Source of the DNA: a virus
Taxonomy: Duplodnaviria; Caudoviricetes
DNA length: 64,000 nucleotides
Direction: 5' to 3' (one strand)
Virus record (IMG/VR): IMGVR_UViG_3300034420_000109
Span: 1-64,000 of that record
In this document: positions 51,847 to 61,213 of the stretch, piece by piece
Position numbering within the stretch: position 1 is the stretch's first letter
How the letters are laid out: every line of letters starts with the position of its first letter
The notes under the pieces: model-generated
Seen by the model: only the letters and a program-made list of their open reading frames with translations
Databases searched by the model: none
Told to the model about the DNA's origin: nothing
Made by a program: the position numbers and the translations under genes

Positions 51847-54800
51847 ATGTTCATAATGAGCGACTGGCAAGGCATCCCGATTGAAATCACGCGCAACCCG
51901 GGCGAATTCAAACTCGGGAAGGCTCCTACAGGGATCGGGTGGATGAGCCGGATGCGAGCATCCCAAGGCATCATCAAGGGTCTTGACGGCAATGGATTGT
52001 TCCCGACCAAGGCATGGATCGGTAAAAACAAGGAGTCAAAAACCGTCTTCGTCGTCCACCAGAGCCACGAAGACGGGGCGCACGATGAAAACAAACTCGT
52101 GCTCGGGTTCGATGACCCGGTGACGGCGGCAGACACCATCATGGCGCATTACCCGAAAGGGAAGCACCCCATCGATTCAATTCATCAAATTCCCGAGGGT
52201 GGGCTTGATGACTGGATCGCCGGGAACGAAGCCTGGGCCGCCACAGCCCATGATCATCATGGGCGCCCCCACGAGCATGGCAAAACGGTAGTGCTTTTCA
52301 ATGGAGAGCGTCTCCCGGCGGAGCCCGCCGACCTGGATCTACCAGAGGAAGTGGCGAAGGCGCACGAGCCCCAACAGCCTGGGGATCGATGGGTGACCAT
52401 GCATCCCAACGGGCCCGGGACGAAGGGGAGCCCCGTCCTTCTCCGGCCCGTGGCGGGACATCCCGGGCTGCACCGCGTGGTGGGAGGAGCCGGGGGGAAA
52501 CTGAACTTTCTCCGGGTGAATCTCACCAAGAGCCCGGACCAATACAAGCAGGAGTCCCTCGAGCGCCGGAAACAGACCCAGGCCGAAGAGAAGGCCAAGC
52601 TGGCGGCCATGAGCCCGGAGCAGCTGGAGGCCCACCAGCAGAAAGAGGCCCAGCTGAAGGAACACCGGAAGCGCGCCGAACAGGAGTTCATCAAGAAAGT
52701 CCTCGGGGATGACAGTCAGGAGGGAGAGGCCCCGGACCTCTTCTCGAACACCCCCGATGCCGATCCCAAGGCGGCGCGGGCCTACCACCGGGAGAGGTTG
52801 AAGCAGGCGCTCGCCGCATGCAAAGAGGCCGAGCGAAAGATCACCCTCGACGCCGAGACGCGGGTCGCGGCCGGGCTCGCCGAGGTGGGCGGGAGTGCCA
52901 CCCCAGGCCTCGCCATCAACGCCATCCTGACCACCAAGGAAAACCGAGGGCCGGGATACGACCGGGCCATCGCCGAGCGCGCCGTGGCGAACGGCCTGAC
53001 GGCGGAGAAGCTGACGGCCGCCAGCGCCGCCTGGCGGGAGGCCCAAGGCCTGGCGCCCAAGGCGGACCCCACCCAGCCCGGGGCCCCGCGGGATGAGGCG
53101 TCCGCGGCGGCGGCCGTCGAGATGCACACCGCGACGAAGGAACTCCGGGCCCGCCAGGCAGAGGCCACCGCCAAGGCCGTCGAGGAGGCCCTGTCGGACC
53201 ACAAGAACCTGGGGGCGCTCCTGAGAGCCCGTCAGGAACTCCGGGGCGCCTACGAGGAGGCCACGGCCGCGCGCACCGGCCGGGTCTTCGAACAGGGGTT
53301 CCTGTCCACCACCAGCGAACCCACGCCAGAGGACAAAGAGCGCCTCGTGGCCGACCTTTCAGAGCAGCTGCTGCGCGCCCATGTCCAGACCTTCCTGGAT
53401 GAGGTCGAGACCAACCACCCGGACAACGAGGGGATCAACGGAGCCTGGGACCCGAGGGAAGAGGAGGGCATGGCCGCGTCTCGTGGCGGGGCCGCGTGGA
53501 CCGCCCTGCACGAGGCCGGGCTGGCCATCTTCGGCGCCGGGCTCCTCGACCGAGACACCGTCGAGACCCTCGGGCCCGAGGCCGCTGCCCAGGTCCTGGC
53601 CAGGGGCATCCGGTCCCGGTTCAGCCCGGAGGACCAGAAAGAGATCCTGACGGCCCTGGAGAACCATCACGTCCAGGAGCAGCAGGTGGAACTCCCCCAG
53701 GCCACCCAGGAGGCCCAGCGCCTCCGGGCGGAGGCCCAGACGATGAAGGACCAGCTGCTCACCACCCCCAAGGACTTCGCGGCGGCGGCGGAGATGCACC
53801 GGACCCGTATCGAGGCGCTGAAGCAGGCCCGGACCACCCTGGGGGCGGCCTTGGGCCGGTTCGAGGCGCGCGCGGCCCTGGTCGCGGCTCTGCAGAGCAC
53901 CCCGGCGAAGGACCTGCAGGTGCCCATGGGCCGGACCACGCCGGAGCGGGCCATGCAAGCGGCGGCGGCCATGGGCCTGCAGCCGGACGGATACACCCTG
54001 GACCACAAGGGCGGGGAGGCGGTGCTGACGATCCCGGAGGCCAGTCAAGACAAGCTCCTGAAGCCGGTGGACCACGCCGCGGTGGCCGAGCGGGAACTGG
54101 CCATGAGCATCAAGCGGGGCGACATGGACGAGGCAGGCTACCTGCCCCCGGGGTTCGCCAGCCGCACTGCGAGCCGCTACGACAACCCACTCATGGAGCC
54201 CAAGGTCTTCCAGCGCCGGGTGGAACTCCCCGAGGGGGCGGACCACGAGCACCTCGAGCCCGCGCTGGCGCGCTACATCGGGCAGCGGTGGGCGGACGGC
54301 CACCGGGCGACGGACATCAACGCGGACATCCGTGGCGCCTCCATCCGAGACGAGATCCCGGCCCACCTGCACGGGGCCCTGGACAAGATCGTGGACAAGC
54401 TGGTGCCCACGCACGAACTGGTGCGGGACGACAGCGGGGAGCCCGTCGCGGAGATGCACAACGGGCAGATTCTCCGGGACACCGCCGGTGGCGTGGTCTA
54501 CAAGACGAAGATGCGGGAGCCCAAGCAGATCGCGGCCGACGTGGAGGCCATGGGCCGGAGGTTCCTGGACGCATCTGGGGACGCGGAGACCCTGGAGGGG
54601 CAGGGGGTCGATTCGGACCACCCAGACTTCAGGGAGGCGATTCATCGCACCCTGGCCGAAGACCCCCGCCTGCAGGCCGCGCACGCCCCCATCGGGGAAC
54701 TCACCGCCATCCAGCGGCAGAGCATCCGGGACTGGTTCTACCGGGAGCACCACGGGAAGAAGGGGGCCGAACTGGCGGACGCCCTCCAGGCCCTGGGCCC

Positions 54801-57042
54801 CGAACCCCCGAAGTTCGATGAGACCACCGGGGGCATGAGCCTATTTGACGACCTGGGCCCCATGGAGAGCCAGGCCTGGAACGACTGGCAGGAGAAGCAC
54901 AAGGCCATCATCGAGAAGCACGGGGACACCCCGGGCACGAGCCCGTGGGCCACCTACATCCAGGCCATGGGGGGGCTGAAGCAGGCCACGGAGGCCATCC
55001 AGGGCGAGATGCAGAGCAAGCTCGCCGAGGGGTTCCATGGCCACTACGGCCGCCTGACCGGCAAGGTGCTCCAGCTGGGGACCGGGGACATCGCGCACTT
55101 CAGCAGCCACCTCAAGGCGACGTCAGGGGCCGAGAAGGCGGCCGAGCTTGAGGCCATCCGTCGGTCAAAGCAGGCGCAGATGCAGCGCGGCGGGGCCGGA
55201 CGGTTCCGAAGCGTGAACGTCAGGGAGCGCATGGAACAGGCCGGGGAGGCTGGGCTGTTCGGACAGGGCGGGGCCCTGTTCGGATCCGAAGAACTCTCCG
55301 GCGCTGCGCCAGCGGAGGAGACCCCGAAGTGGGAGAAGCCGGAGCCAGCACCTGGTGAGCGCCTGCGCCTGGGTGGGCGGATCGAGGCGCAGATCGCCGC
55401 AGCCATGCCCCACGCGTCGGCGCCGTTCCAGAGCCGGACCCTCAAGCCGGTCAAGGTCGCCGAAGGGATGAGCATGGATGGCCGGTTCGCCCCCCAGCAG
55501 CGGGGCGTCAAGGCCTTCAACCACCTGCGGCGCATGGGACTGTTCTACGGCGCCGGGAGCGGGAAGACGGCCGTCCTGATGGGCAGCGCGTCGAGCCTCG
55601 TCCACAGCGGCAAGGGCAAGAAGATCCTGATGGCTGTTCCCAGCATCGTCCAAGAGCAATTCGCAGGGGAGGCCGCCAATTTCCTGGACCCCACCACCGG
55701 GATCCGCCTCCACGCCGTGCCCGGAGAGTCCTTCGAGCAGCGCCTGCAGGCTTACCGGGATCCCGAGCGCCACGCCGTCGTCATGACCCACGCGGCCGTG
55801 CGCGACGACTCGGTGAAGCTGCTCGCCAGCCACCGTGGGATCAGCGAAGACGCCGCGGCAGAGTGGGCCATGAAGGCCAGCGCCGAGGACCTGAAGACCA
55901 ACCTGCGTGAAGCATTCGCCAAAGAGGGGGCCAACTTCGACGCCCTGATGGTGGACGAAGGCCACGATGCCCTGAACCGCAAGGGGAAGCCGGACAGCCT
56001 CCTCGCCAAGATCATCGACGCCCACGGCCACAACGCCAGCCACTACATCGGCGCCACCGGCAGCCCGGTGAAGAACGACCCCAGCGAGGCACACGACTGG
56101 CTGCACAAGATCGACCCCGTGCGCTACCCCCGCGAGGGCCGAGACGAATTCCTGCGCCGCTACGGAACCGACAGCGCGGTCAGCCGCCGGGCACTCAAGG
56201 CCGAGCTTTCCCGCTACTTCTTCGCAGAGCGGGTGGGCAGCGGCGTGACGGCCCACCACAACGACGAGACGATCCAGCTGACGGCCGAACAGCATGCGGA
56301 CGTGGAGCGCATCGAGCGCGCCGCGGGCAAGCTGCGGCTGGGGGAGGACCCCGTGAGGTGGGCCAAGGAACTGGCCCCCCGCTCCTTCATCGGGAAGCCG
56401 GAGGAGGAGCACGCGGCCATCGCCGAGGGGGTAAAGAAGGCCGTCGGGACCTTCCGGGAGGCCGCCATGGACCGGGCCATCAACATCGGCGGCGGGAAAA
56501 TGCACGCCGCGGTGAAGAAGGCCCGGGAGGCCGTGGCCGAGGGCAGGCCCATGATCATCTTCGCCCACCGGCTAGAGGCCGTGGAAGCGCTCCACAAGGC
56601 CATGGAGGAGGCTGGCTTGCGGGTCGCCAGCATCACCGGCAAGGACTCCTCGAAGGACAAGCCGGGCAAGCTGGCCGCATTCCAGGGCGCACCTGGCCGC
56701 CAGGCCACCGCCGACGTCCTGATCGCATCCGACGCCGCTGCCACCGGGGCGAACCTCCAGCGCGCCAAGGAACTGATCCACTTCGACCAGCCGATGACCT
56801 ACAAGACCCACGAGCAGCGCACCGCCCGCATGGACCGCCTGGGCCAGACGGAGGACGTGAACGTGACGAACCTGCTGGCGGACCACGCCTACGACCGAAC
56901 CGCCCGGGAGCGGGTGAAGCGGAAGCAGACCCTGGCGGACATCTACCAATCGAAAGAAGGCTACCTGGACGACAGCGGCATCGCGCACACTCTGCGCGCG
57001 CTGCGGGCCCGGGCCGCCCAGACCAAAGAGGAGGCTGCGTGA
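51847..57042 (+). CDS. Giant polyvalent-type protein: degenerate InPase and C-terminal SWI2/SNF2 helicase (DarB-like)
   Basis: GAGSGKT, VDEGH, ATGSP, IIFAH, SDAAATGANLQ, EQRTARMDRLGQ. Confidence 0.88.
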   Translation: MFIMSDWQGIPIEITRNPGEFKLGKAPTGIGWMSRMRASQGIIKGLDGNGLFPTKAWIGKNKESKTVFVVHQSHEDGAHDENKLVLGFDDPVTAADTIMAHYPKGKHPIDSIHQIPEGGLDDWIAGNEAWAATAHDHHGRPHEHGKTVVLFNGERLPAEPADLDLPEEVAKAHEPQQPGDRWVTMHPNGPGTKGSPVLLRPVAGHPGLHRVVGGAGGKLNFLRVNLTKSPDQYKQESLERRKQTQAEEKAKLAAMSPEQLEAHQQKEAQLKEHRKRAEQEFIKKVLGDDSQEGEAPDLFSNTPDADPKAARAYHRERLKQALAACKEAERKITLDAETRVAAGLAEVGGSATPGLAINAILTTKENRGPGYDRAIAERAVANGLTAEKLTAASAAWREAQGLAPKADPTQPGAPRDEASAAAAVEMHTATKELRARQAEATAKAVEEALSDHKNLGALLRARQELRGAYEEATAARTGRVFEQGFLSTTSEPTPEDKERLVADLSEQLLRAHVQTFLDEVETNHPDNEGINGAWDPREEEGMAASRGGAAWTALHEAGLAIFGAGLLDRDTVETLGPEAAAQVLARGIRSRFSPEDQKEILTALENHHVQEQQVELPQATQEAQRLRAEAQTMKDQLLTTPKDFAAAAEMHRTRIEALKQARTTLGAALGRFEARAALVAALQSTPAKDLQVPMGRTTPERAMQAAAAMGLQPDGYTLDHKGGEAVLTIPEASQDKLLKPVDHAAVAERELAMSIKRGDMDEAGYLPPGFASRTASRYDNPLMEPKVFQRRVELPEGADHEHLEPALARYIGQRWADGHRATDINADIRGASIRDEIPAHLHGALDKIVDKLVPTHELVRDDSGEPVAEMHNGQILRDTAGGVVYKTKMREPKQIAADVEAMGRRFLDASGDAETLEGQGVDSDHPDFREAIHRTLAEDPRLQAAHAPIGELTAIQRQSIRDWFYREHHGKKGAELADALQALGPEPPKFDETTGGMSLFDDLGPMESQAWNDWQEKHKAIIEKHGDTPGTSPWATYIQAMGGLKQATEAIQGEMQSKLAEGFHGHYGRLTGKVLQLGTGDIAHFSSHLKATSGAEKAAELEAIRRSKQAQMQRGGAGRFRSVNVRERMEQAGEAGLFGQGGALFGSEELSGAAPAEETPKWEKPEPAPGERLRLGGRIEAQIAAAMPHASAPFQSRTLKPVKVAEGMSMDGRFAPQQRGVKAFNHLRRMGLFYGAGSGKTAVLMGSASSLVHSGKGKKILMAVPSIVQEQFAGEAANFLDPTTGIRLHAVPGESFEQRLQAYRDPERHAVVMTHAAVRDDSVKLLASHRGISEDAAAEWAMKASAEDLKTNLREAFAKEGANFDALMVDEGHDALNRKGKPDSLLAKIIDAHGHNASHYIGATGSPVKNDPSEAHDWLHKIDPVRYPREGRDEFLRRYGTDSAVSRRALKAELSRYFFAERVGSGVTAHHNDETIQLTAEQHADVERIERAAGKLRLGEDPVRWAKELAPRSFIGKPEEEHAAIAEGVKKAVGTFREAAMDRAINIGGGKMHAAVKKAREAVAEGRPMIIFAHRLEAVEALHKAMEEAGLRVASITGKDSSKDKPGKLAAFQGAPGRQATADVLIASDAAATGANLQRAKELIHFDQPMTYKTHEQRTARMDRLGQTEDVNVTNLLADHAYDRTARERVKRKQTLADIYQSKEGYLDDSGIAHTLRALRARAAQTKEEAA

Positions 57043-57200
57043 GCCAGTGCCAGCACCACCCCGAAGAGACCGACGTCCGCCGCGGAAGCTACTCCTGCCC
57101 CGAGTGCGGGTGGATGGTGATGGCCGGGTGCCATCACCCCACCGTTGACGAGTTCGCCCCGGTGGACACCATGACCTTCGACCAAGCGAGGCTCCAATGA
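57039..57200 (+). CDS. Small Zn-finger protein (53 aa)
   Basis: C.H...CPEC...C.H; GTGA-coupled. Confidence 0.6.
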   Translation: MSQCQHHPEETDVRRGSYSCPECGWMVMAGCHHPTVDEFAPVDTMTFDQARLQ

Positions 57201-57475
57201 CCAGCCAGACCGATCCCAGGGAAAACCTCGCGCACGCGCTGGCAGAGACGCACCTGGAGGTCCAGGCGGCGGAGCACGACTACCGGCGCCACCTGCAGGA
57301 CGGCAGCCAGCACATGGAAAGCCGCTACCCAGCAGCGAAGCTGGAGCAGCGGCCGGACGATCTGGATCACTGGGCGTGGCACCGAGAGGCGATGGCGCAG
57401 GCGGTGGAGCGGGGTGGGATCGCGCCCGTCCCCGAGATTCCGTTCATCCCCGTCGTTCATCCTCCGGAACGGTGA
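57197..57475 (+). CDS. Hypothetical protein
   Basis: ATGA-coupled; helical. Confidence 0.6.
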   Translation: MTSQTDPRENLAHALAETHLEVQAAEHDYRRHLQDGSQHMESRYPAAKLEQRPDDLDHWAWHREAMAQAVERGGIAPVPEIPFIPVVHPPER

Positions 57476-57959
57476 AGGTCACCGCATATTCAGAGGCCAT
57501 GTGCGCCTCCACCTGCAGCACGTAGAGACGCATCCCCCTGTCGGTCAGGTGGGTGGTTGACCCGTGCAGCCGCCGCTGGCCATTGAACGGGTCGAAGTCC
57601 CACTTGTGATAGCCGTCGAGCACGAGAGAGGGGTCAAAGTCGGGCAGATTCTCGTCGGGCAGGAAAAGCTCCTTCAGGTGCTCGTGCCAGACCGCGGCGG
57701 GATAGGTCGGGCCGTTCGGGTGAGGGAAATGAGCCTGCCGCTCGATGTCGCGCAGGGTGCCCGCCCACATCGCCTGGTTGAGCCGGTCCTGGCGCTTCTT
57801 GACCTGCTCGCGCATGAGGACCTCGACGGGGTTCTCATCGTCGAAGGGGAGCTTGGCCAGCAGGGTGTGCAGAAATTCGAGGTTCTCGGGGCCGCGCAGG
57901 AAAACGGATCGATCCTTAATCCTCTCGCGCCGGGGCGGACGGGGCGGGGTTGTGACCAT
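57444..57959 (-). CDS. ninB: NinB (lambda Orf)-family recombination mediator
   Basis: RE..KKR...LN..MWA..L.DI, WHE.LK..FL, STT.L....M..Y...VEA. Confidence 0.8.
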   Translation of the reverse strand: MVTTPPRPPRRERIKDRSVFLRGPENLEFLHTLLAKLPFDDENPVEVLMREQVKKRQDRLNQAMWAGTLRDIERQAHFPHPNGPTYPAAVWHEHLKELFLPDENLPDFDPSLVLDGYHKWDFDPFNGQRRLHGSTTHLTDRGMRLYVLQVEAHMASEYAVTFTVPEDERRG

Positions 57960-58017
57960 GGGGACCTCCAGGGATACGCAGAGCAAGGGCCCCCGGGAGG
58001 GGGCCCACTTGCATCCG

Positions 58018-58407
58018 CTAGGCGGTTGGGGTTTGGTGGCGGGGGCTCGATTTGAACGAGCGACCTCTGGCGTATGAAACCAGCGTTCTACCGGGCTGAA
58101 CTACCCCGCGCCGAGCGTCCAGGTTAGCGGCGGTGCGCCCCGGCCGCAACCAAAGGTAGGCACCAATTCGCTCCACGGCGCCAGAAGCCTTCAGTTCCTC
58201 CAGCGCCGCGGTCAGGGCCACCGGGGGGCGCCAGGAAGAGGGCATGGCGGCGCAACCGGCGTGCGGCTGGTGCTTGGCCCCCCGGAAGACACAGAAGGGC
58301 GTGTGCCCGGATCCATCGGGCCCAAGCCGGGCCAGGATGGCGCCCTTTGCTTCGGCCACAGAACAGGATGAAAAATCGAAAACAGGAAGCGGAACCGCTG
58401 TAGGCAT
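58018..58407 (-). CDS. Hypothetical (wHTH-like) protein whose frame runs through the tRNA
   Basis: AAAGG RBS; L..ALEELKASG.VERIG..LWL. Confidence 0.45.
   Translation of the reverse strand: MPTAVPLPVFDFSSCSVAEAKGAILARLGPDGSGHTPFCVFRGAKHQPHAGCAAMPSSWRPPVALTAALEELKASGAVERIGAYLWLRPGRTAANLDARRGVVQPGRTLVSYARGRSFKSSPRHQTPTA
58034..58110 (-). tRNA. tRNA with CAU anticodon (initiator-like acceptor stem, atypical anticodon arm)
   Basis: CGCGGGG TA GTTC AGCCCGGTA GAAC G CTGGT TTCATAC GCCAG AGGTC GCTCG TTCAAAT CGAGC CCCCGCC A CCA; complete 77-nt cloverleaf. Confidence 0.93.
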
Positions 58408-58431
58408 GTAGACCTTTCGGAACTTTCTGGG

Positions 58432-58830
58432 TCAAACGTCCCAGGGGGAGATGGAGGGCCAGATCGACGGGAAGTCAACCTCGAGGGCGGGGAGGGAGGA
58501 CCAATCCTCGTCGGGGTTCCGGCGCGCGGTGACGGCCCGGTCCCACCCGCCAGGCTCGGAGGGCACGAAGAACCACCCGGACGCCGTGGACACGAGAAGC
58601 GCAGCCGGGGACGAGGGATGGGAGTAGGCCCGCAGGTTGATCCGGTGGAGCCGGGCGAATGCGCGCGCCGCGGCGGCGTGTTTGCCCTTCAAGGCGCGCT
58701 GGCCCGTGTAGACCCACCGGAGCCCACGCGCGGTGATGCCGAGCGCGTGGGCCAGGTGGGAGACGCCACGAGCGGCCTCGATCATGTCCGGCCAGAGCCC
58801 AAGGGCGAGGGGAGGACGGCCGCGATTCAT
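58432..58830 (-). CDS. Putative HTH regulator
   Basis: GRPPL..WP.MIEAARGVSHLAHALGIT.R.L. Confidence 0.65.
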   Translation of the reverse strand: MNRGRPPLALGLWPDMIEAARGVSHLAHALGITARGLRWVYTGQRALKGKHAAAARAFARLHRINLRAYSHPSSPAALLVSTASGWFFVPSEPGGWDRAVTARRNPDEDWSSLPALEVDFPSIWPSISPWDV

Positions 58831-59693
58831 GAACCCTCCAGGACGGGGCGCTCGAGCAGGTGGATGAGGTTCTCGGCGTTACGGTGGACGTTCCGAGCAG
58901 AGGACAGGCAGGATTCGAGGAGCGCTCGATGGGCGGCCGTGTCCTTGTTCCACCCGGCCCGCAGGGCACCCTCCAGGCGCTCAAGATTTCGGGACTCCCA
59001 GTTCGAGAGCCCGGTGACTTTCTGGATGACCTTCACGAAGGCCTCGAGGTCGGTAGAGGCATCTGAGGCGCGCGCGGCCCGGCGTTCGGCCTCTTCGGTG
59101 CGGCCCTGGGCCCGGGCGGTCTCCAGTTCCTTTGTGAACATTTTCCGGGCCTCGCCGATCAGCTGATTGGGCGTGACCTCAAGCCCGGCGAACTTGAAGA
59201 GTTCCGGCGTGACGTCCACCACAATCGGCCGCCGGGCCCGCTCGTTCCAGCGGGTGTCGAGGAGCCGCTTCATCAGCACGTAGAGGAGCCAGTTCGGCGC
59301 CGGAGCGTTCCGGTGGCGGGCCTCCTTCTTCCGAATGAGCCCGGCCGAGGTCAGCTGCAGCCAGCCCCAGCCGTCGGGGAGTTCATCCGGTCGGAAGATC
59401 CCAGAAGGGGCGACGAAGTAGCAGGCCGAGCAGGCCTCCTCCATAGGGCCACGCTTGTCGGGGTCCGCCACTTCCTGGAGGAAGTCGGCCCGGGAGACCT
59501 TCACCTCGAACCCCAGGGGACCACGGGTGCCACCACCCCACATCCGGAGGGCCATGAAGTCAGCCCTCCGGTCGGAGTTCCTGGGCCCGGACTGGCCGAT
59601 CAGTGGCTCGTGGACGCAGAACCACTCGGGCGGCAGATACCGACGGTAGAGATGGGCCACGGCGAGCCCGGCGGTGACCTTCTCTGGGTTCAT
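58827..59693 (-). CDS. MmcB-like PD-(D/E)XK nuclease-fold protein
   Basis: RRAD..AL..W...GFEVKVSRADF..E...P.K....CYFVAP.G...DELP.GWG. Confidence 0.8.
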   Translation of the reverse strand: MNPEKVTAGLAVAHLYRRYLPPEWFCVHEPLIGQSGPRNSDRRADFMALRMWGGGTRGPLGFEVKVSRADFLQEVADPDKRGPMEEACSACYFVAPSGIFRPDELPDGWGWLQLTSAGLIRKKEARHRNAPAPNWLLYVLMKRLLDTRWNERARRPIVVDVTPELFKFAGLEVTPNQLIGEARKMFTKELETARAQGRTEEAERRAARASDASTDLEAFVKVIQKVTGLSNWESRNLERLEGALRAGWNKDTAAHRALLESCLSSARNVHRNAENLIHLLERPVLEGS

Positions 59694-60457
59694 TCGGCGG
59701 GGGCTTCTTCGATGGCGGCCGGATCGGTGGCGGCCGGGAGAGAGGGCAGGTGGCTGATGTGGTCCGGGTCGATGTTGGGGTCCACCTCGCGCAGCAGGCC
59801 CGTGAGGACCTTTGCTGCCTGGGCTTCAGGCTCCCGCATCGTTTCCGGGCGCTCCATCTTTTCGCCCATCACGCTCCGCCAGTCGATGGCGACGAACAGC
59901 CGGGCCATGACGGCGCCCAGGGAGTCGAGGGGGATGCGGTAGCCCCGCTGGTAGAACTTGAGGATCCGGAGCATGGAACCGCCCGCCTCCTCCTCGCGCA
60001 CGGGGGCGAGATAGACCAGCCGCTTCGCGGCCAGATCGGGATAGAAGTCGTCGTGGACCATCGAGCACCACCCGCCGGAGGGCCCCCCCTTGGGATCCCA
60101 CCAGAATGCCGCGCAGGCAATCGAGAAGTCGAAGGACAGCAGGGCGTCGGTGGGGTTCGAGAAGGTCCAGCGGGTGATGAACTGGGCCGGGACCGGCCGC
60201 AGCTTCACCGTCAGGGCGTTCTCGGTCGTGTGGACCTTGACCCCGCCGCTGGCATTCGCCAGCTGCAGAGCGCAGGCCCCGCCCGCATCCTTCGAGGGGC
60301 ACATGATGTCGATGTCCGAGACCTTCTCCCCGGCCACGCAGGCCCGGATGTAGCCGCCAGCGACCATGAGATCGGGGCGGGCCTTGAGGAGGTCGCGCAC
60401 CGGGGCTGGAAGGCGGCGGACGCACTGGAGGAGGTCGTGGTGGGAGAGTTCACGCAT
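59690..60457 (-). CDS. Nucleotidyltransferase (CCA/poly(A) polymerase-like head domain)
   Basis: VAGGYIR...DIDI, FDFSI, LRILKFYQRGY. Confidence 0.8.
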   Translation of the reverse strand: MRELSHHDLLQCVRRLPAPVRDLLKARPDLMVAGGYIRACVAGEKVSDIDIMCPSKDAGGACALQLANASGGVKVHTTENALTVKLRPVPAQFITRWTFSNPTDALLSFDFSIACAAFWWDPKGGPSGGWCSMVHDDFYPDLAAKRLVYLAPVREEEAGGSMLRILKFYQRGYRIPLDSLGAVMARLFVAIDWRSVMGEKMERPETMREPEAQAAKVLTGLLREVDPNIDPDHISHLPSLPAATDPAAIEEAPAE

Positions 60458-60549
60458 GGGCTTTCCTTTGCAGGGGGTGAAATAAGGGAGAGGCTTATTT
60501 TAGTCGGCCTCGGGATTGATTGGACGGATAATACGTTGACGGAGGAAAA

Positions 60550-61188
60550 ATGGGGTCTGCGATTGGAGTGGCGAAGGTCACGGCAGCGAGGCTTGGAATC
60601 AGCCTGGAGGATTACCAGGGGCGTCTCGTGGCGGGCGAGAAGTGGTGCATGCGGTGCGACAGATGGCGGCCACTGGGAGACTTCGGAGCCGATAGAAGCC
60701 GGGGCGACGGGAGAGCGTCAACATGCCACGAGTGCCGAAGGGTGAAGGTGAGGAAGACCACCAAGGGACGAGTCTCGACCTTCAAGGGCCACAAGCACAC
60801 CCCGGAGGCCATTGAAGCCATGAGGCAGGCGAGGCTGGGTAAGCCGGGGCCCAAGAAGGGCATTCAGCGGACGGAAGAGGTCCGACAGAAGATCAGTCGC
60901 ACCCTTCGAGAGGGCGGCAACGCCGTCACGGGAGAGCAGCATCACGCCTTCAAGGACGGGAAGCTGGCGGAGCGGCGTGGGATTCGATTCACGGCCGAAT
61001 ACAAGCGATGGCGATACGACGTGTTTACCCGCGATGGGTTCAAATGCCAGCACTGCGGGGACTCGAGGGGAAGGAACCTGCAAGCGCACCACATCAAGCC
61101 GTTCGCGGACTTCCCAGACCTTCGCTTTGAGACCACCAACGGGCTCACGCTCTGCCGAAAGTGCCACAAAGCCGAACACCAGAAGTAG
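60550..61188 (+). CDS. HNH endonuclease with N-terminal Zn finger and NUMOD3
   Basis: CMRC..CHEC; FKG.KHT.E; RD.F.CQHCG..L.AHHIK...NG.TLC.KCH..EH. Confidence 0.9.
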   Translation: MGSAIGVAKVTAARLGISLEDYQGRLVAGEKWCMRCDRWRPLGDFGADRSRGDGRASTCHECRRVKVRKTTKGRVSTFKGHKHTPEAIEAMRQARLGKPGPKKGIQRTEEVRQKISRTLREGGNAVTGEQHHAFKDGKLAERRGIRFTAEYKRWRYDVFTRDGFKCQHCGDSRGRNLQAHHIKPFADFPDLRFETTNGLTLCRKCHKAEHQK

Positions 61189-61213
61189 GTGGGTCCAGGC
61201 GATGCCGGAGTTT

